NCBI GenBank assembly: GCA_000739515.1
Contig: DF820457.1
Location: forward strand, 914,080-950,114
Direction of reading: 5' to 3'
Length of the DNA: 36,035 nucleotides
Source: Candidatus Moduliflexus flocculans
GTDB lineage: Bacteria > Moduliflexota > Moduliflexia > Moduliflexales > Moduliflexaceae
The position numbers and the translations under genes are program-made. Within the stretch, counting starts at the first letter, position 1. Every line of letters starts with the position of its first letter. Of the stretch, positions 9,451 through 19,866 are shown one piece after another. The notes beneath the pieces are model-generated. The model was not told the DNA's origin. It saw nothing but the letters and a program-made list of their open reading frames with translations, and did no database searches.

Positions 9451-10557
9451 TTATAATTTTCCCTTAAGTGAGTTAAACAAGTAATCACCGATCTTTCGCG
9501 TTCCAGTAGGAGTCATGTGAAAACGGTCGTAAAAATCATGATCTTGCCATAATTTCACTTCTTGATCCATATCAATACAAATGCCATGATTTTCCTGACA
9601 AATCTGCATTGTCACCGCGTCTAATTTCCGCATCATATAGTAATAATCAATCCCATTAATCGTTGCTCCAAAATATTCGGGAAGCTCTGCGATACCTTGA
9701 AATTCGTTATGATAAAACCGATAGTTCCTGGTCGGCTGTGTGACGAAAATTGGTATTGCCCCCATTTTGTAAGTCTTGTCACACAAGATTTGTAAACGTA
9801 ACGCATAAGCATTTAACCGTGGGCGCATAAGACGTTCATAGTCATCTGTCGATAGGATTGGCGTTGTTACCCAATTGATATTGTTGAAGTTTACCGAACC
9901 ATGATCTATTTTAGCAACGAGGGCGTTGTATATTGTTATAAGAGTTCTTACCACATAAAAGACTGCGCTATTTTGCCGTATCGTCTGTATAACTCGTTGT
10001 GTATTATGGGTCATCTCTTTTATGGCTAATGGATCATAAAAGCTTTCAATATCGTTATAAAAATCATTGATCCCAATATAAAAAAGAATATATTGTGGAT
10101 GCAGTTCAGGAATAGAAGGAAACCACCAATCAAAATTTTTAGCATGTCCGATGCTCGATTGTCCATCAACCCCAGCATTCGCAACGATAATACATTTGCC
10201 AAGATGTGTAAAATTTTGAGAAAGAACGTCTTGCCAGGTTTCTCCTTCATTAATATATCTTTGATCTGTCGTGCTTCCCCCAACTGTTAACATTGTAATC
10301 TCAGATGGGTTGGTAAAATCACCTCGAAGCCCATATTGATCGCGTCTATATTTGATCGTATGTTGATGATAGGGATATAATCTTTGTATGTTAAAGGAAA
10401 TCTCCCTGGAACGAATAAGATTTAATTGATTAAGGTTATTTTTTTTCAGCCAATCGCCAAAAATAAGTTCGATAAAAAATATTCCGATACAGCAAAGAAA
10501 GATATTGAAACCAAGAATGCCAAGCATTTTTTTTATTGTTTTTAGCGAAACCTTCAT
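9451..10557 (-). CDS. SGNH/GDSL hydrolase-family protein, membrane anchored
   Basis: 368 aa. N-terminal TM, block I variant VGGSTT, block II NAGVDG, block III GIND and block V DRFH. Confidence 0.8.
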   Translation of the reverse strand: MKVSLKTIKKMLGILGFNIFLCCIGIFFIELIFGDWLKKNNLNQLNLIRSREISFNIQRLYPYHQHTIKYRRDQYGLRGDFTNPSEITMLTVGGSTTDQRYINEGETWQDVLSQNFTHLGKCIIVANAGVDGQSSIGHAKNFDWWFPSIPELHPQYILFYIGINDFYNDIESFYDPLAIKEMTHNTQRVIQTIRQNSAVFYVVRTLITIYNALVAKIDHGSVNFNNINWVTTPILSTDDYERLMRPRLNAYALRLQILCDKTYKMGAIPIFVTQPTRNYRFYHNEFQGIAELPEYFGATINGIDYYYMMRKLDAVTMQICQENHGICIDMDQEVKLWQDHDFYDRFHMTPTGTRKIGDYLFNSLKGKL

Positions 10558-10596
10558 AATTTACTCTTATTAATTTCAAGCAATAGATTGTCCGAT

Positions 10597-11724
10597 TCAG
10601 GTAATTTCGCGAATATACTTCGCGATGATAGATTGCTCGTCAAATTCACGTTCGACTTTCTGCCGGCTGAGCGTTCCCATCTGAATAAACATTGCACTAT
10701 TCATGTCAAGGCAGAGGAGGATCGCATTTTTTAGTTCTTCTACGCTCCCTTTTTCGACCAAGAAACCATTCTTGCCATGCTCAACAGTCTTTTTGCACCC
10801 TTTCCAATTCGTTGTAATAATTGGTTTGCCACAGGCCATCGCCTCGAGTAAGCAGGCTGGAACACCCTCGTTGTATTCCGATGGCAAGACGACCACATCA
10901 GCCTGATGCAGCACTGAACGCACATCATCTACTGCCGGAATATACCTGACAATCTGCTGCTGATGGAATGCTTGAATGGTTTGAAAAAGATTGCGTGAGT
11001 CTTCTCGTGAACGATCTGGAATGCCTAAAATCCAGAATTCGGCTTGCGAAGGGCGCTCCTTATGAATTTGTCGGGCTGCCTGTAAAAATAAGCCATAACC
11101 TTTTGATTTCAACAGACGTCCGAACATCAAAAACACGCGTGTCCCGTCTGTTTTTTCTATAGAACAGGGCACAAAGCGCGAGAGGTTCACGCCCAAGCCA
11201 GAAGTATGTTCAACTTGTTCCGTGCGAACAAGACGATAATGGAGAAATAGAGCAGAATCGTCGTCATTCTGAAAAAAAACCTTGCGTGCAGTTTTCAACG
11301 CGACAGTGTATAAGGTGCGAATCAGAACGCTCCAAATATTCTGACCAGTAAACCCTTGCCCTAGTCCGGCTAACGTTGCGATCTGTTCGAATGGCAACAC
11401 TTTTTTCACGAGTCCGACATACAGATTGCATTTAATCGTAAAGGTCAGAACGAATTCAGGATGAAGTGTATGAAGAATTCGATAGAGATGACACAATGTT
11501 AGACATTCTCGCAGAGGGTTTTTGCTGGTTTGATGCATCGAAAGATCGAACCATTCGATCCCCAGTTCCTCGAATTTCGAGCTGGTTTGATCATACGGCG
11601 CAATAACATATACATCGTGTCCTTCCGCCTTGACTGTTCGAAGTAATGTTTGACAAAAATTATATAAAAACCACGACGTATTGGCAACAAATACGATTTT
11701 CATAATGCATATGCAAGCAATCAC
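10597..11724 (-). CDS. Glycosyltransferase family 4 (PglA/CapM-like)
   Basis: 375 aa (alternative start 11703, MKIVFVANT). Motifs FTIKCNLY, FFQNDDD, GRLLKSKG and EGVPACLLEAMACGKP (EX7E). Confidence 0.9.
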   Translation of the reverse strand: MIACICIMKIVFVANTSWFLYNFCQTLLRTVKAEGHDVYVIAPYDQTSSKFEELGIEWFDLSMHQTSKNPLRECLTLCHLYRILHTLHPEFVLTFTIKCNLYVGLVKKVLPFEQIATLAGLGQGFTGQNIWSVLIRTLYTVALKTARKVFFQNDDDSALFLHYRLVRTEQVEHTSGLGVNLSRFVPCSIEKTDGTRVFLMFGRLLKSKGYGLFLQAARQIHKERPSQAEFWILGIPDRSREDSRNLFQTIQAFHQQQIVRYIPAVDDVRSVLHQADVVVLPSEYNEGVPACLLEAMACGKPIITTNWKGCKKTVEHGKNGFLVEKGSVEELKNAILLCLDMNSAMFIQMGTLSRQKVEREFDEQSIIAKYIREIT

Positions 11725-13568
11725 TTCATATTAAGCATAACATAAGGCAGCGGCGTCTGGTAAAAATAGTGCCAGCGCGTCGTTTCTTCCGAAGGCGCGA
11801 CAATCTTCAGTGTCCAGAAGCCGCCTTCTTTTGTCATATCGGCGATAGGGGCGCACATTTCGCCATACTCGTGAAATTCGCCACCCGCTCGCTCGATGCC
11901 ATCAGGCGGCACATACGTCACGAGGGGCGGTTTCGCTGTATAAGAGGTCATTTTAAACCGGAGTTTCTCCTGCTCTGGCGCGACGGCAAACCGCATAACA
12001 AGCGGCGACGTGCGCGTTGCCAGCGGAAATGTGACGGAGGCCTCGACGACCCAGGGTATGGAATCAAATTCGATGCGAAACTCTGGTTTCTCAGGCGAAA
12101 TCAACAGCGACATCATGCCTGACGCATGTGAGGGAATCGCGATCTCAGCGAGTTTCGTGCAGTCTCCTGTTTGCGCAAGCGTGCCCGCCTCGTCGAAAAG
12201 ATGATACGTAATCGACACGGCCTGCTGTCCGGGGGATTCGTCAGGTATGATGCGAATCACGCCGTCGGGCGTTGGTAAAAAATGAAAAAGCGTCTGTTCC
12301 GCATAAACGATTCGAGCCGCATCTTCGGGCGATGATGTGGGATGCGCGGCGAGGTCGTGCAGCAGGCGTTTCAACCGCGGAGGCGTTTGCAAACGCTGAA
12401 TGTCAGGCTGATATACGGATGACGGGAAGAATGGCTCGCGCCGCTGTTCTCGAATCATCGTATTTGCCTTATCCCAGGCCGCCCAATAATCCGCAGGTAT
12501 TCCGTGCAAGGCATAATGGCCTGTTTTGGGGTTGTCCGTCCATAAGCTGTCAGCAGTGAAAAACCAATAGCCATCCGCCTGATGTGCCAATTCTGACGCC
12601 TGCGCAGGCAAATCATCTGAGAAAAATCGCCCCTGCCAGAGGCCGGGAAGATATGTTGCCACGCTGTCTTGCTTGATTGTGGCTTGTTCAGCCAGCACAT
12701 CAGATGACCAGCCGCGAATATAAAACGTTTCCGAAAAGACGTTGACCGGCTGCGCGGATGTGCCCAATCCTCTGATCAAACCACGATAAAACCAACTATC
12801 AACATACGCCATGATGCCGAGCGTCAGCGCGGGATTGATGCCATGAATCCGTCGCTCGATCTGCGCGGCGATAGCTTGCAGACGCTGTTCTTGAATGTTG
12901 AGATATTGCGGCCAGAGCTGATGTTCTTCCAGAAATTGTTTGCGCTGCGCGGCTGGAATCGGCGAAGCGCCGAATAGCCCAAACTGAGCGGGATCGGCGG
13001 CTGAAATGGCGAGCAGGAATTCCTGCCAGCATAGATCGCACAAACAGGGTTGCTCATATACAACGATATCGCTGCCATACATTTCGGTGTCAATCACTAT
13101 TCCAGCGAAGGGAACCTGCTTCGACAATAGTGCCAACGTCTCCCAGCGTTGGGCCACCGATTTTTCCCAGTATTCCGCGTCTAACGGGCAAGATGTTCGG
13201 TTGAGCCGCGTTCCGTCTGGCGTTGTATAGGGCGTAAAGCTGCCACGCCATTCACCAATCTCTGCCGTTCCGGCAAAACTCAGGATCGGAAACAACAGAA
13301 TATCATATTGATGCGCCAGCCGCGCCCACTCTTTCCAAAGTGCTGTTTTGACATCGAGGCCGGAATCGTTGACGAGCGCCGCATTAAAACCATGCTGTTT
13401 GAGCAAAGCGAGGCGGCGTTCGCCTTCATCTGCCGGACAAATTCCCCCGAACGCCGCCCGCAATTTTTCAGCGGAGGCGTTCGGGAAAATCGTCAACAAC
13501 GCGGCGAGCAAAAGCATCAAAATTACCAAAGACTCCCGAGGTCTTGAAGACCTCGGAAGTCTAAACAT
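11721..13568 (-). CDS. Secreted hypothetical protein with a probable glycoside-hydrolase-like TIM-barrel domain
   Basis: Start moved to ATG 13568, which overlaps the upstream stop. Signal peptide LVILMLLLAALLTIFPNASA, then LKQHGFNAALV, CPLDAEYW, GIVIDTEMY and CLCDLC. Beta-rich C-terminal region. Confidence 0.55.
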   Translation of the reverse strand: MFRLPRSSRPRESLVILMLLLAALLTIFPNASAEKLRAAFGGICPADEGERRLALLKQHGFNAALVNDSGLDVKTALWKEWARLAHQYDILLFPILSFAGTAEIGEWRGSFTPYTTPDGTRLNRTSCPLDAEYWEKSVAQRWETLALLSKQVPFAGIVIDTEMYGSDIVVYEQPCLCDLCWQEFLLAISAADPAQFGLFGASPIPAAQRKQFLEEHQLWPQYLNIQEQRLQAIAAQIERRIHGINPALTLGIMAYVDSWFYRGLIRGLGTSAQPVNVFSETFYIRGWSSDVLAEQATIKQDSVATYLPGLWQGRFFSDDLPAQASELAHQADGYWFFTADSLWTDNPKTGHYALHGIPADYWAAWDKANTMIREQRREPFFPSSVYQPDIQRLQTPPRLKRLLHDLAAHPTSSPEDAARIVYAEQTLFHFLPTPDGVIRIIPDESPGQQAVSITYHLFDEAGTLAQTGDCTKLAEIAIPSHASGMMSLLISPEKPEFRIEFDSIPWVVEASVTFPLATRTSPLVMRFAVAPEQEKLRFKMTSYTAKPPLVTYVPPDGIERAGGEFHEYGEMCAPIADMTKEGGFWTLKIVAPSEETTRWHYFYQTPLPYVMLNMK

Positions 13569-14724
13569 GCTTGTTATACTGCCGTTTTTCTCGCTTCGCA
13601 AGAATAAGACGTTCATAGAGTTGCTCCGTCTGCGCGACCATCGTCTGAATAGAGTATTTTTCTCGAATGAGACGCTGCCCAGCTTCGGCAATTTTAAAAG
13701 CTATTTCAGGAGATTTTAGCAACAGAATGACCGCATCGGCTAGCGCGTCAGGATTGTGCGTTGGGATCAGCAGCCCGGTCTCGCCATGAGTGAGAATTTC
13801 AGGAACATCGCCTACGGGAGTGGCAATTACAGGTCGTCTCATCGCCATTGCCTCTAACATCGCATTCGGCAACCCTTCCCAGAGCGACGGCAGCAGAAAA
13901 ATATCCATCAGCGCCAGCCATTCAGGAATATCTTTTTGAAATCCGGCAAAAATCACGCTCTGCTCGCAGCCTCGTTCGTTGACATAACGCTGAATTTCCC
14001 CATGCATTCGGTCTATGCCGACAAACACGCATATCGCGTTCGGAAATCGCGCGTGAATGCGAGGCAGCGCATCAATCAGTGTTTTATGCTCTTTCATGTG
14101 GCATAAATTGGCAACCATGCCAAGAACCTTTGTCGTGGATAAGATGCCGAATTCCTCTCGTAACGCCTGAATTCGCTGCCCATCTATGTGATCTGGATCA
14201 AAGCGTTCAAAATCAATCCCATTCGAAATCGTCATCATCTTCGGCAATGAGATGCGCTCTCGGCGACGCATCGCTAAACGGCCTGCCTCAGAATTCGCAA
14301 GATACATATCTGTCATCCATGATGTATACCGATCCAACCAGACATGATACCATTTCCGCCAGGGATCAGTGCTATGGATACTGGCGATATTCACCGGGAC
14401 ACCTAAGAGCCGTCCCACGCACCTCCCGATAATATCCGCTTTCAAGCCGTTGGTATGCATAAGATCAAGACGCTTATCTTTTGCAAAATGATATAATTTC
14501 CACCAGGCACGAATATCCCAATAACCACGCATATTAAAACTCGTCTGCGGAATATGAGGTTGGAGTTTAGCAATTTCATCCATCAGTATATCATGTGCTA
14601 ACAAAACACAGTGATAATACGTAAAGCGATCATGCGATGCATATTGGAAAAAGTCTAATAACGTCTTTTGCGTCCCGCCGATTTTGGCGTATGTCGAGAA
14701 AACTAAGATTCGAAATTTATCCAT
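13561..14724 (-). CDS. Glycosyltransferase family 4
   Basis: Start MDKFRILV at 14724, coupled to the asnB stop. Motifs IGGTQ, ISNGID and PSLWEGLPNAMLEAMAM. Confidence 0.9.
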   Translation of the reverse strand: MDKFRILVFSTYAKIGGTQKTLLDFFQYASHDRFTYYHCVLLAHDILMDEIAKLQPHIPQTSFNMRGYWDIRAWWKLYHFAKDKRLDLMHTNGLKADIIGRCVGRLLGVPVNIASIHSTDPWRKWYHVWLDRYTSWMTDMYLANSEAGRLAMRRRERISLPKMMTISNGIDFERFDPDHIDGQRIQALREEFGILSTTKVLGMVANLCHMKEHKTLIDALPRIHARFPNAICVFVGIDRMHGEIQRYVNERGCEQSVIFAGFQKDIPEWLALMDIFLLPSLWEGLPNAMLEAMAMRRPVIATPVGDVPEILTHGETGLLIPTHNPDALADAVILLLKSPEIAFKIAEAGQRLIREKYSIQTMVAQTEQLYERLILAKREKRQYNKHV

Positions 14725-16621
14725 GATGAAAAAACATTTGATACCATAGCTCAAGGTTCAATAACAGCCATATCTGATGCTGATGATCCTGCGTGTGTTG
14801 TTGATGTTCGTCAAGAATGCGCTGGATTGTCTGCCCGTTTAGAATGCCATCACGCACTAATAGCGACGAGCGCAAATGGTCATTAAGCATGCTTTTCAGC
14901 TCGTTGCGAAACCAGAGGCGTAATGGCACACTGAATCCCTGTTTTCTACGCGTTAGCAATTCCTCAGGCAAGTAAGGACGTGCGACCTGTTTCAGTAAAA
15001 ACTTCAAGCACGATCCTCGAATTTTTTCTTCCGCAGGTACCGTTGCTATAAACTCCATCAATTTATGATCCAGGAATGGTGAACGTCCTTCGACATGATG
15101 CGCCATCGTCATACGATCCATTTTCACCAGTAAATCCCCAGGCAGATATGTCATGACATCAGTATAGAGCATGGCGTCAGTCTGATGATTTGTGTGATCG
15201 CCATGAAAATAGGACGCTAAAAAATCAAACGATTGCAGATGCCCAACCTGTTGCAGTACATTCGGCGTCACGATTTCTGTTTTCAGCGAATTATCACAAA
15301 TCATCATCGCGTACGCATACAATTCGGTGGCTGAGGCTAATGACAAATCATTCACATATCGCAGATAACGAAAGAGTTTGGCTAGTGGCGCGGGTAATAC
15401 AGAGAGATGCGGATGTGCATAGCGGAGAACAGCTTCAATCATATTGCGACGAATTGGATGGGGCAGCCAGCGGTAATACTTGACAAACCGCATTCCAAGA
15501 TAGCGCATATACCCCGCAAACGATTCGTCGCCGCCGTCTCCGTTTAATGCGACTTTCACATACTGGCTGGTCATCTGCGCTAAATAATACGTCGGAATAG
15601 CCGATGAATCGCCAAACGGTTCATCAAACTGCCAGACGAGTTTCGGCAGAATCTCAACCGTGTCAGGCTTCACCATGAATTCATGATGGTCTGTGCCGTA
15701 TCGTTCGGCGACCATGCGGGCATAGGGAAGCTCGTTGAATTCCTCTTCTTCGAATCCGATGGAAAACGTTTGCACCGGCCTGCCGGAACATTCGGACATC
15801 AGGGCGACGATGAGGCTGGAATCAATCCCGCCGCTGAGAAACGCGCCGATCGGCACGTCGCTGATCATGCGAAATTTGACCGATTCGCGCAGTAATGCCA
15901 GCAGTTTTTCCTGGCGTTCCTGCGACGATTGTCGCGTTTTCGGAAGATACCGGAGCGTCCAATACCGTTCGACTTGCACCTCGCCAGACTCATAGATCAG
16001 CGTATGCGCCGGCGGTAATTGGCAGATGCCCTGAAACATCGTGGCTGGCGGCGGCGTGTATTGATATGTCAGGTAATGCCACATTGCCTCGATATTCATG
16101 GCGCGTTCGACCGTATCGTCTTGCAGGATCGCTTTGATTTCCGATGCAAACCAGAAGCCGTGTTTATTGACATAATAAAAAAACGGTTTTTTCCCAACCC
16201 GGTCACGCGCAGCGAACAGGCGTTGCTGCCGCTCATCCCATATCGCAAAGGCGAACATGCCGCGCAAATGCTCAACACACGTAACGCCATACAGATCGTA
16301 GAGATGCAGAATGATTTCGGTGTCTGACATCGTTTGAAATCGAATCCCTTGCTGTGTTAACGTGTTTCGAAGCGCTAAAAAATTATAAATTTCACCATTA
16401 AAAACGATCCACAAATCGCCGCGAGCATTCGACATCGGCTGTTGCCCGGTAGAGAGATCAATGATACTCAGGCGCTGATGACCAAATCCGATCTGATTCT
16501 TGATAAAATAGCCTTCGTCATCCGGTCCGCGATGCTGTAAAACTGTGTTCATCCGGCGAATCTCATGTTCTGTTATCTTCTGTAGGCGATCGGCATAGAT
16601 TTTTCCGCAAATTCCGCACAT
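14717..16621 (-). CDS. asnB: Asparagine synthase (glutamine-hydrolysing) family amidotransferase, probably acting on sugars in this context
   Basis: 634 aa. Ntn N-terminus MCGICG, HRGPD, RLSIIDL, FNGEIYN, RDRVGKKP, LSGGIDSS, GDGGDE and RKQGF. Confidence 0.95.
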   Translation of the reverse strand: MCGICGKIYADRLQKITEHEIRRMNTVLQHRGPDDEGYFIKNQIGFGHQRLSIIDLSTGQQPMSNARGDLWIVFNGEIYNFLALRNTLTQQGIRFQTMSDTEIILHLYDLYGVTCVEHLRGMFAFAIWDERQQRLFAARDRVGKKPFFYYVNKHGFWFASEIKAILQDDTVERAMNIEAMWHYLTYQYTPPPATMFQGICQLPPAHTLIYESGEVQVERYWTLRYLPKTRQSSQERQEKLLALLRESVKFRMISDVPIGAFLSGGIDSSLIVALMSECSGRPVQTFSIGFEEEEFNELPYARMVAERYGTDHHEFMVKPDTVEILPKLVWQFDEPFGDSSAIPTYYLAQMTSQYVKVALNGDGGDESFAGYMRYLGMRFVKYYRWLPHPIRRNMIEAVLRYAHPHLSVLPAPLAKLFRYLRYVNDLSLASATELYAYAMMICDNSLKTEIVTPNVLQQVGHLQSFDFLASYFHGDHTNHQTDAMLYTDVMTYLPGDLLVKMDRMTMAHHVEGRSPFLDHKLMEFIATVPAEEKIRGSCLKFLLKQVARPYLPEELLTRRKQGFSVPLRLWFRNELKSMLNDHLRSSLLVRDGILNGQTIQRILDEHQQHTQDHQHQIWLLLNLELWYQMFFHHG

Positions 16622-17334
16622 AATGTTAGTCTTAGAATTCTTTCCCCATATTCAATAGATTCTGGTCTTTTGGAAATTTCACTCCAGGCTCATTTCTAAA
16701 ATAGCTTATCATCGTCGAGAATAAACATATAGGAATCCGTGATAAAATCTCAGCGTATATCTTACTATTGTCTTTCCCAGAATATGTTTGTAAACACGAT
16801 CGCTGGAGGCAGGTATTCTCTCCCCCTTCGAAAACCAGGGATTGTCAACGATCTCGACGGTGTGCTGATTTATCGAAGCAGGCATTAAACAGTTTAAAAT
16901 TATCGTAACATTCTGTAAAACAAGATGTTGTCAGTCTCGTATGTCAAGAAAAATAATTTTCATCTTTACAAAAAGCATAGGAGACGTTATCATATCCTCC
17001 TAATATCCATCTGACAATTTTGAAGCGTTCTTTCGTATCCGATGTCGGAAACTTGCGGTCTTTCGACGAGGCGCGAATATATAGAACAGAGTTCGAAGAG
17101 GGCTGTGCGTATGTTGGATAACCTATTATCGGGTTTAGAAACATCTTACGGTTAAGAATATGCCCACTGGGCAACTGAGGTGTTTTGAGCGTCTTCTTCC
17201 TAAAAAAGGCAATAGCAGCTTCAACGAAGCTGAATTACTGCCGGAATAGTCGAAGTACTGTCAATATATTTAGTTCTACTTTGTTAATTTTATCCGAAGT
17301 CGTTGAGTCTAAATCTGACGACAGGGAAACATGT

Positions 17335-17356
17335 ATGGTTCGACGCGCTCACCACG
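17335..17356. repeat. Single degenerate palindromic repeat unit related to those in 30572..30708
   Basis: atggttcgacgcgctcaccacg versus atggttcgacttcgctcaccatg at 30619..30641. Confidence 0.5.
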
Positions 17357-17396
17357 AATGGCGGATTGTCGAAATGTAATAAAATAGGATTAAAAT

Positions 17397-18431
17397 GTGA
17401 AAGAAATGAGCATGACAAAAAAGATATTATGTATCATTCTTATTAATAGCGCTTCAATAATGCTTATCCTTTACGGATTTGAATTTTTTTTCAGCCCATA
17501 TTCAGATTTGCCGGTAAATGGATATGTCAAGGGGGAAAGATGTACATGGGGACACGTGGTAAAAAATAATAAGTATGGGTTCCGAGAACGAAATTTCGAA
17601 ACGCCCAAACCAGAAGGAGTATATCGGATTATGGTATTGGGAGATTCTCTGACCTGGGGTGCTGGGCTTGCCATTGAAGAACGATATACAGCGCTGACAG
17701 AAAATATGTTGAATCAAGCATTTGATGATAGGAGATTCGAAGTATTGAATTTCGGAATCGCTGGCGGCCCGACAGTGAAAGAAAGAGACATTTTGCTAAA
17801 ATTTAAAAACATCGTACAACCTGATCTGATCGTTGTTGGGTTCTGCTTAAACGATCCTCAGCCAAAGGAGCAAAATTATAGCGTTGAACGAGACCAATTG
17901 CGCAAAAGTCCAACTGGCTCTGTTATTCATATCATAACAGACCTCATGCGGAGGGCAAAACTTTCCTATCTCAGTGGACTGATCTCCGATGCATTTTATT
18001 CGTTCGCAGAGAAAAACGGTTCAATTCCAACCTGGCGTGATGCGATTGCCCGTACGTACAATCCCCAATCAGCGGAATGGCAAGAGTTTATCTCGGCGTT
18101 AGAAACGATCAAGAACACATCTGATGAATTATCTCTTTCCGCTCCGATTTTTGCAATATTAAATCAGGGGACATTTCCTGACAGACCGACTGATTATAGC
18201 AATCCTGACGAATATCTTACACAGTATTTAGAATGGTACCATCAGGCAGAAAAAGCAGCTCAGAATATTGGTTTTCTTTCATATAATCATGAATATGAAA
18301 TCATCCATCAATTAAAGAATCACATACTGGCAGTTAATATTCTTGATGGACACCCTTCAGCAGGTTTGAATCGGATCTATGCCGAAAAACTGTTTTCTGT
18401 TATTACTGAGAAAATTATACAACAGCCATGA
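17397..18431 (+). CDS. SGNH/GDSL hydrolase-family protein, membrane anchored
   Basis: 344 aa (ATG at 17406 or 17412 possible). N-terminal TM, NKYGFRE, VLGDSLTWG, NFGIAGG, CLND and DGHP. Confidence 0.88.
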   Translation: MKEMSMTKKILCIILINSASIMLILYGFEFFFSPYSDLPVNGYVKGERCTWGHVVKNNKYGFRERNFETPKPEGVYRIMVLGDSLTWGAGLAIEERYTALTENMLNQAFDDRRFEVLNFGIAGGPTVKERDILLKFKNIVQPDLIVVGFCLNDPQPKEQNYSVERDQLRKSPTGSVIHIITDLMRRAKLSYLSGLISDAFYSFAEKNGSIPTWRDAIARTYNPQSAEWQEFISALETIKNTSDELSLSAPIFAILNQGTFPDRPTDYSNPDEYLTQYLEWYHQAEKAAQNIGFLSYNHEYEIIHQLKNHILAVNILDGHPSAGLNRIYAEKLFSVITEKIIQQP

Positions 18432-18538
18432 ATCCATGTTATCGTAGTTCCTTTACGTTCGTGACTATTGAGCTTATGAATTGGGCCTATGCATAAAAAC
18501 CGTGTCGAATGATCAAGCTCATCTTTGTATCCCAGATA

Positions 18539-19837
18539 TTATACCAGTCGTGTAAACATCCAAAGACTGAACAGGGTAAATATTACTGTATATGTCATAA
18601 ACAATCCAACGAGACGAATGTGGAAGTCGTTCAATCGAATGATTCTCATACCACGCGAGAAAAATACTGCGAGCGGGAAAAGCAGCGGAAAGAGAAATCG
18701 CCCCTGAGCCTGACCATATAAGAACCCAAAACGGAAGATCAAAATGAGATTAAAAAGGATAGTCAACAGCATCACACCCCAGGGAATCATCGGAAGACGC
18801 ATCCTATTTTTTATATGTTGGGTCACGAGCCCCGAAAATGCTGTACTCGTCAAGAGAACTCCGATAATTGGAAAGTATCCGCGCACATTATTGCCAATAC
18901 CAGAAACAGACCAAAATGTTCTTATCAAAGATCGTCCGATATAGCTTACCGCAATCGGAAACGAATCCCATACTTTCGGCACATTTGCAATTTTTTCCGC
19001 TGTTAGGCTTCCATAAACATGATAGTTTCTCAATCCCCATGGTGCCCAGAAGATTACAGAGATCGTCAGGATAATACTGATATGGAATAGCGTCTGTTGC
19101 CATCTCCGATGTTGTCTCTTGCTGTTAATAACAAAAAACAAAATCATCGCAAATACATAAACCACAGCATTTAGTTTTGTTAATAATGCAAGACCAAGAA
19201 CCTCACCCATTCCGATTGTTTGACTTAATGTTTCGCCTTCTCGCAATAGTAAACAAAAAAAGAGTCCTCCCAAAGTAATAAGCAAATTATCATTATTGAT
19301 GACTGATGATAAAAACGTATATGTCGGCAGCAGGCAGACAAAGATAATAACGCAAGCTCGTCCTAATTCATCGTTAATGTTTGCGCGGCGACAAAATTGT
19401 TTGGCAAACCAAACATTGGAGAACCAAAGCAAAATTGATACGCAGCGAATTATCCGTACAATTGCCTCTTCATTTTGAAAGAACAATGCGGCAATCCGAT
19501 AAACTGGCGTCATGAGTAAATAATACAATGGTGGTTGATAGTATTCCCAATCATTAGAGGCATCCCCGGTTTGACTTGTTTGGATCGGGAATGTATGAGA
19601 TTCGCTCAAAAATTTGATGTAATTGAAATGAGACTGTTCGTCAGGGGCGTAGAATATTGGGGTTTTCAGGGCAAACGCGATACGGCACACCAATCCTATT
19701 ACGACGACGATTCCGAATAAAGAACGACAGGAGAACCCATGAAAACGATGCCAAAAAAGCAAGCCTTTCCCCATGAGCAACGACAGACACACGGTCAGGC
19801 CTAATAAGAATAGAATGCAGAAATTTTCCGAACTCAT
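18539..19837 (-). CDS. GT-C-type membrane glycosyltransferase (ArnT/PMT- or DUF2142-like)
   Basis: 432 aa polytopic protein. Motifs APDEQSHFNY, YQPPLYY, INNDNL, LALLTK and QGRFLFP. Confidence 0.7.
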   Translation of the reverse strand: MSSENFCILFLLGLTVCLSLLMGKGLLFWHRFHGFSCRSLFGIVVVIGLVCRIAFALKTPIFYAPDEQSHFNYIKFLSESHTFPIQTSQTGDASNDWEYYQPPLYYLLMTPVYRIAALFFQNEEAIVRIIRCVSILLWFSNVWFAKQFCRRANINDELGRACVIIFVCLLPTYTFLSSVINNDNLLITLGGLFFCLLLREGETLSQTIGMGEVLGLALLTKLNAVVYVFAMILFFVINSKRQHRRWQQTLFHISIILTISVIFWAPWGLRNYHVYGSLTAEKIANVPKVWDSFPIAVSYIGRSLIRTFWSVSGIGNNVRGYFPIIGVLLTSTAFSGLVTQHIKNRMRLPMIPWGVMLLTILFNLILIFRFGFLYGQAQGRFLFPLLFPLAVFFSRGMRIIRLNDFHIRLVGLFMTYTVIFTLFSLWMFTRLV

Positions 19838-19866
19838 GGTTGTGTTTTTTGCAATTTCATAGAAAA

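Noticed and set aside
13569-13691. Longer start of the 656-aa ORF
   Set aside because: It overlaps the upstream GT4 gene by about 130 bp. ATG 13568 gives stop/start coupling and a signal peptide.
16944-17379. Small ORFs 16944..17174 (-) and 17185..17379 (+)
   Set aside because: Non-ATG starts, no RBS and no recognisable motifs.
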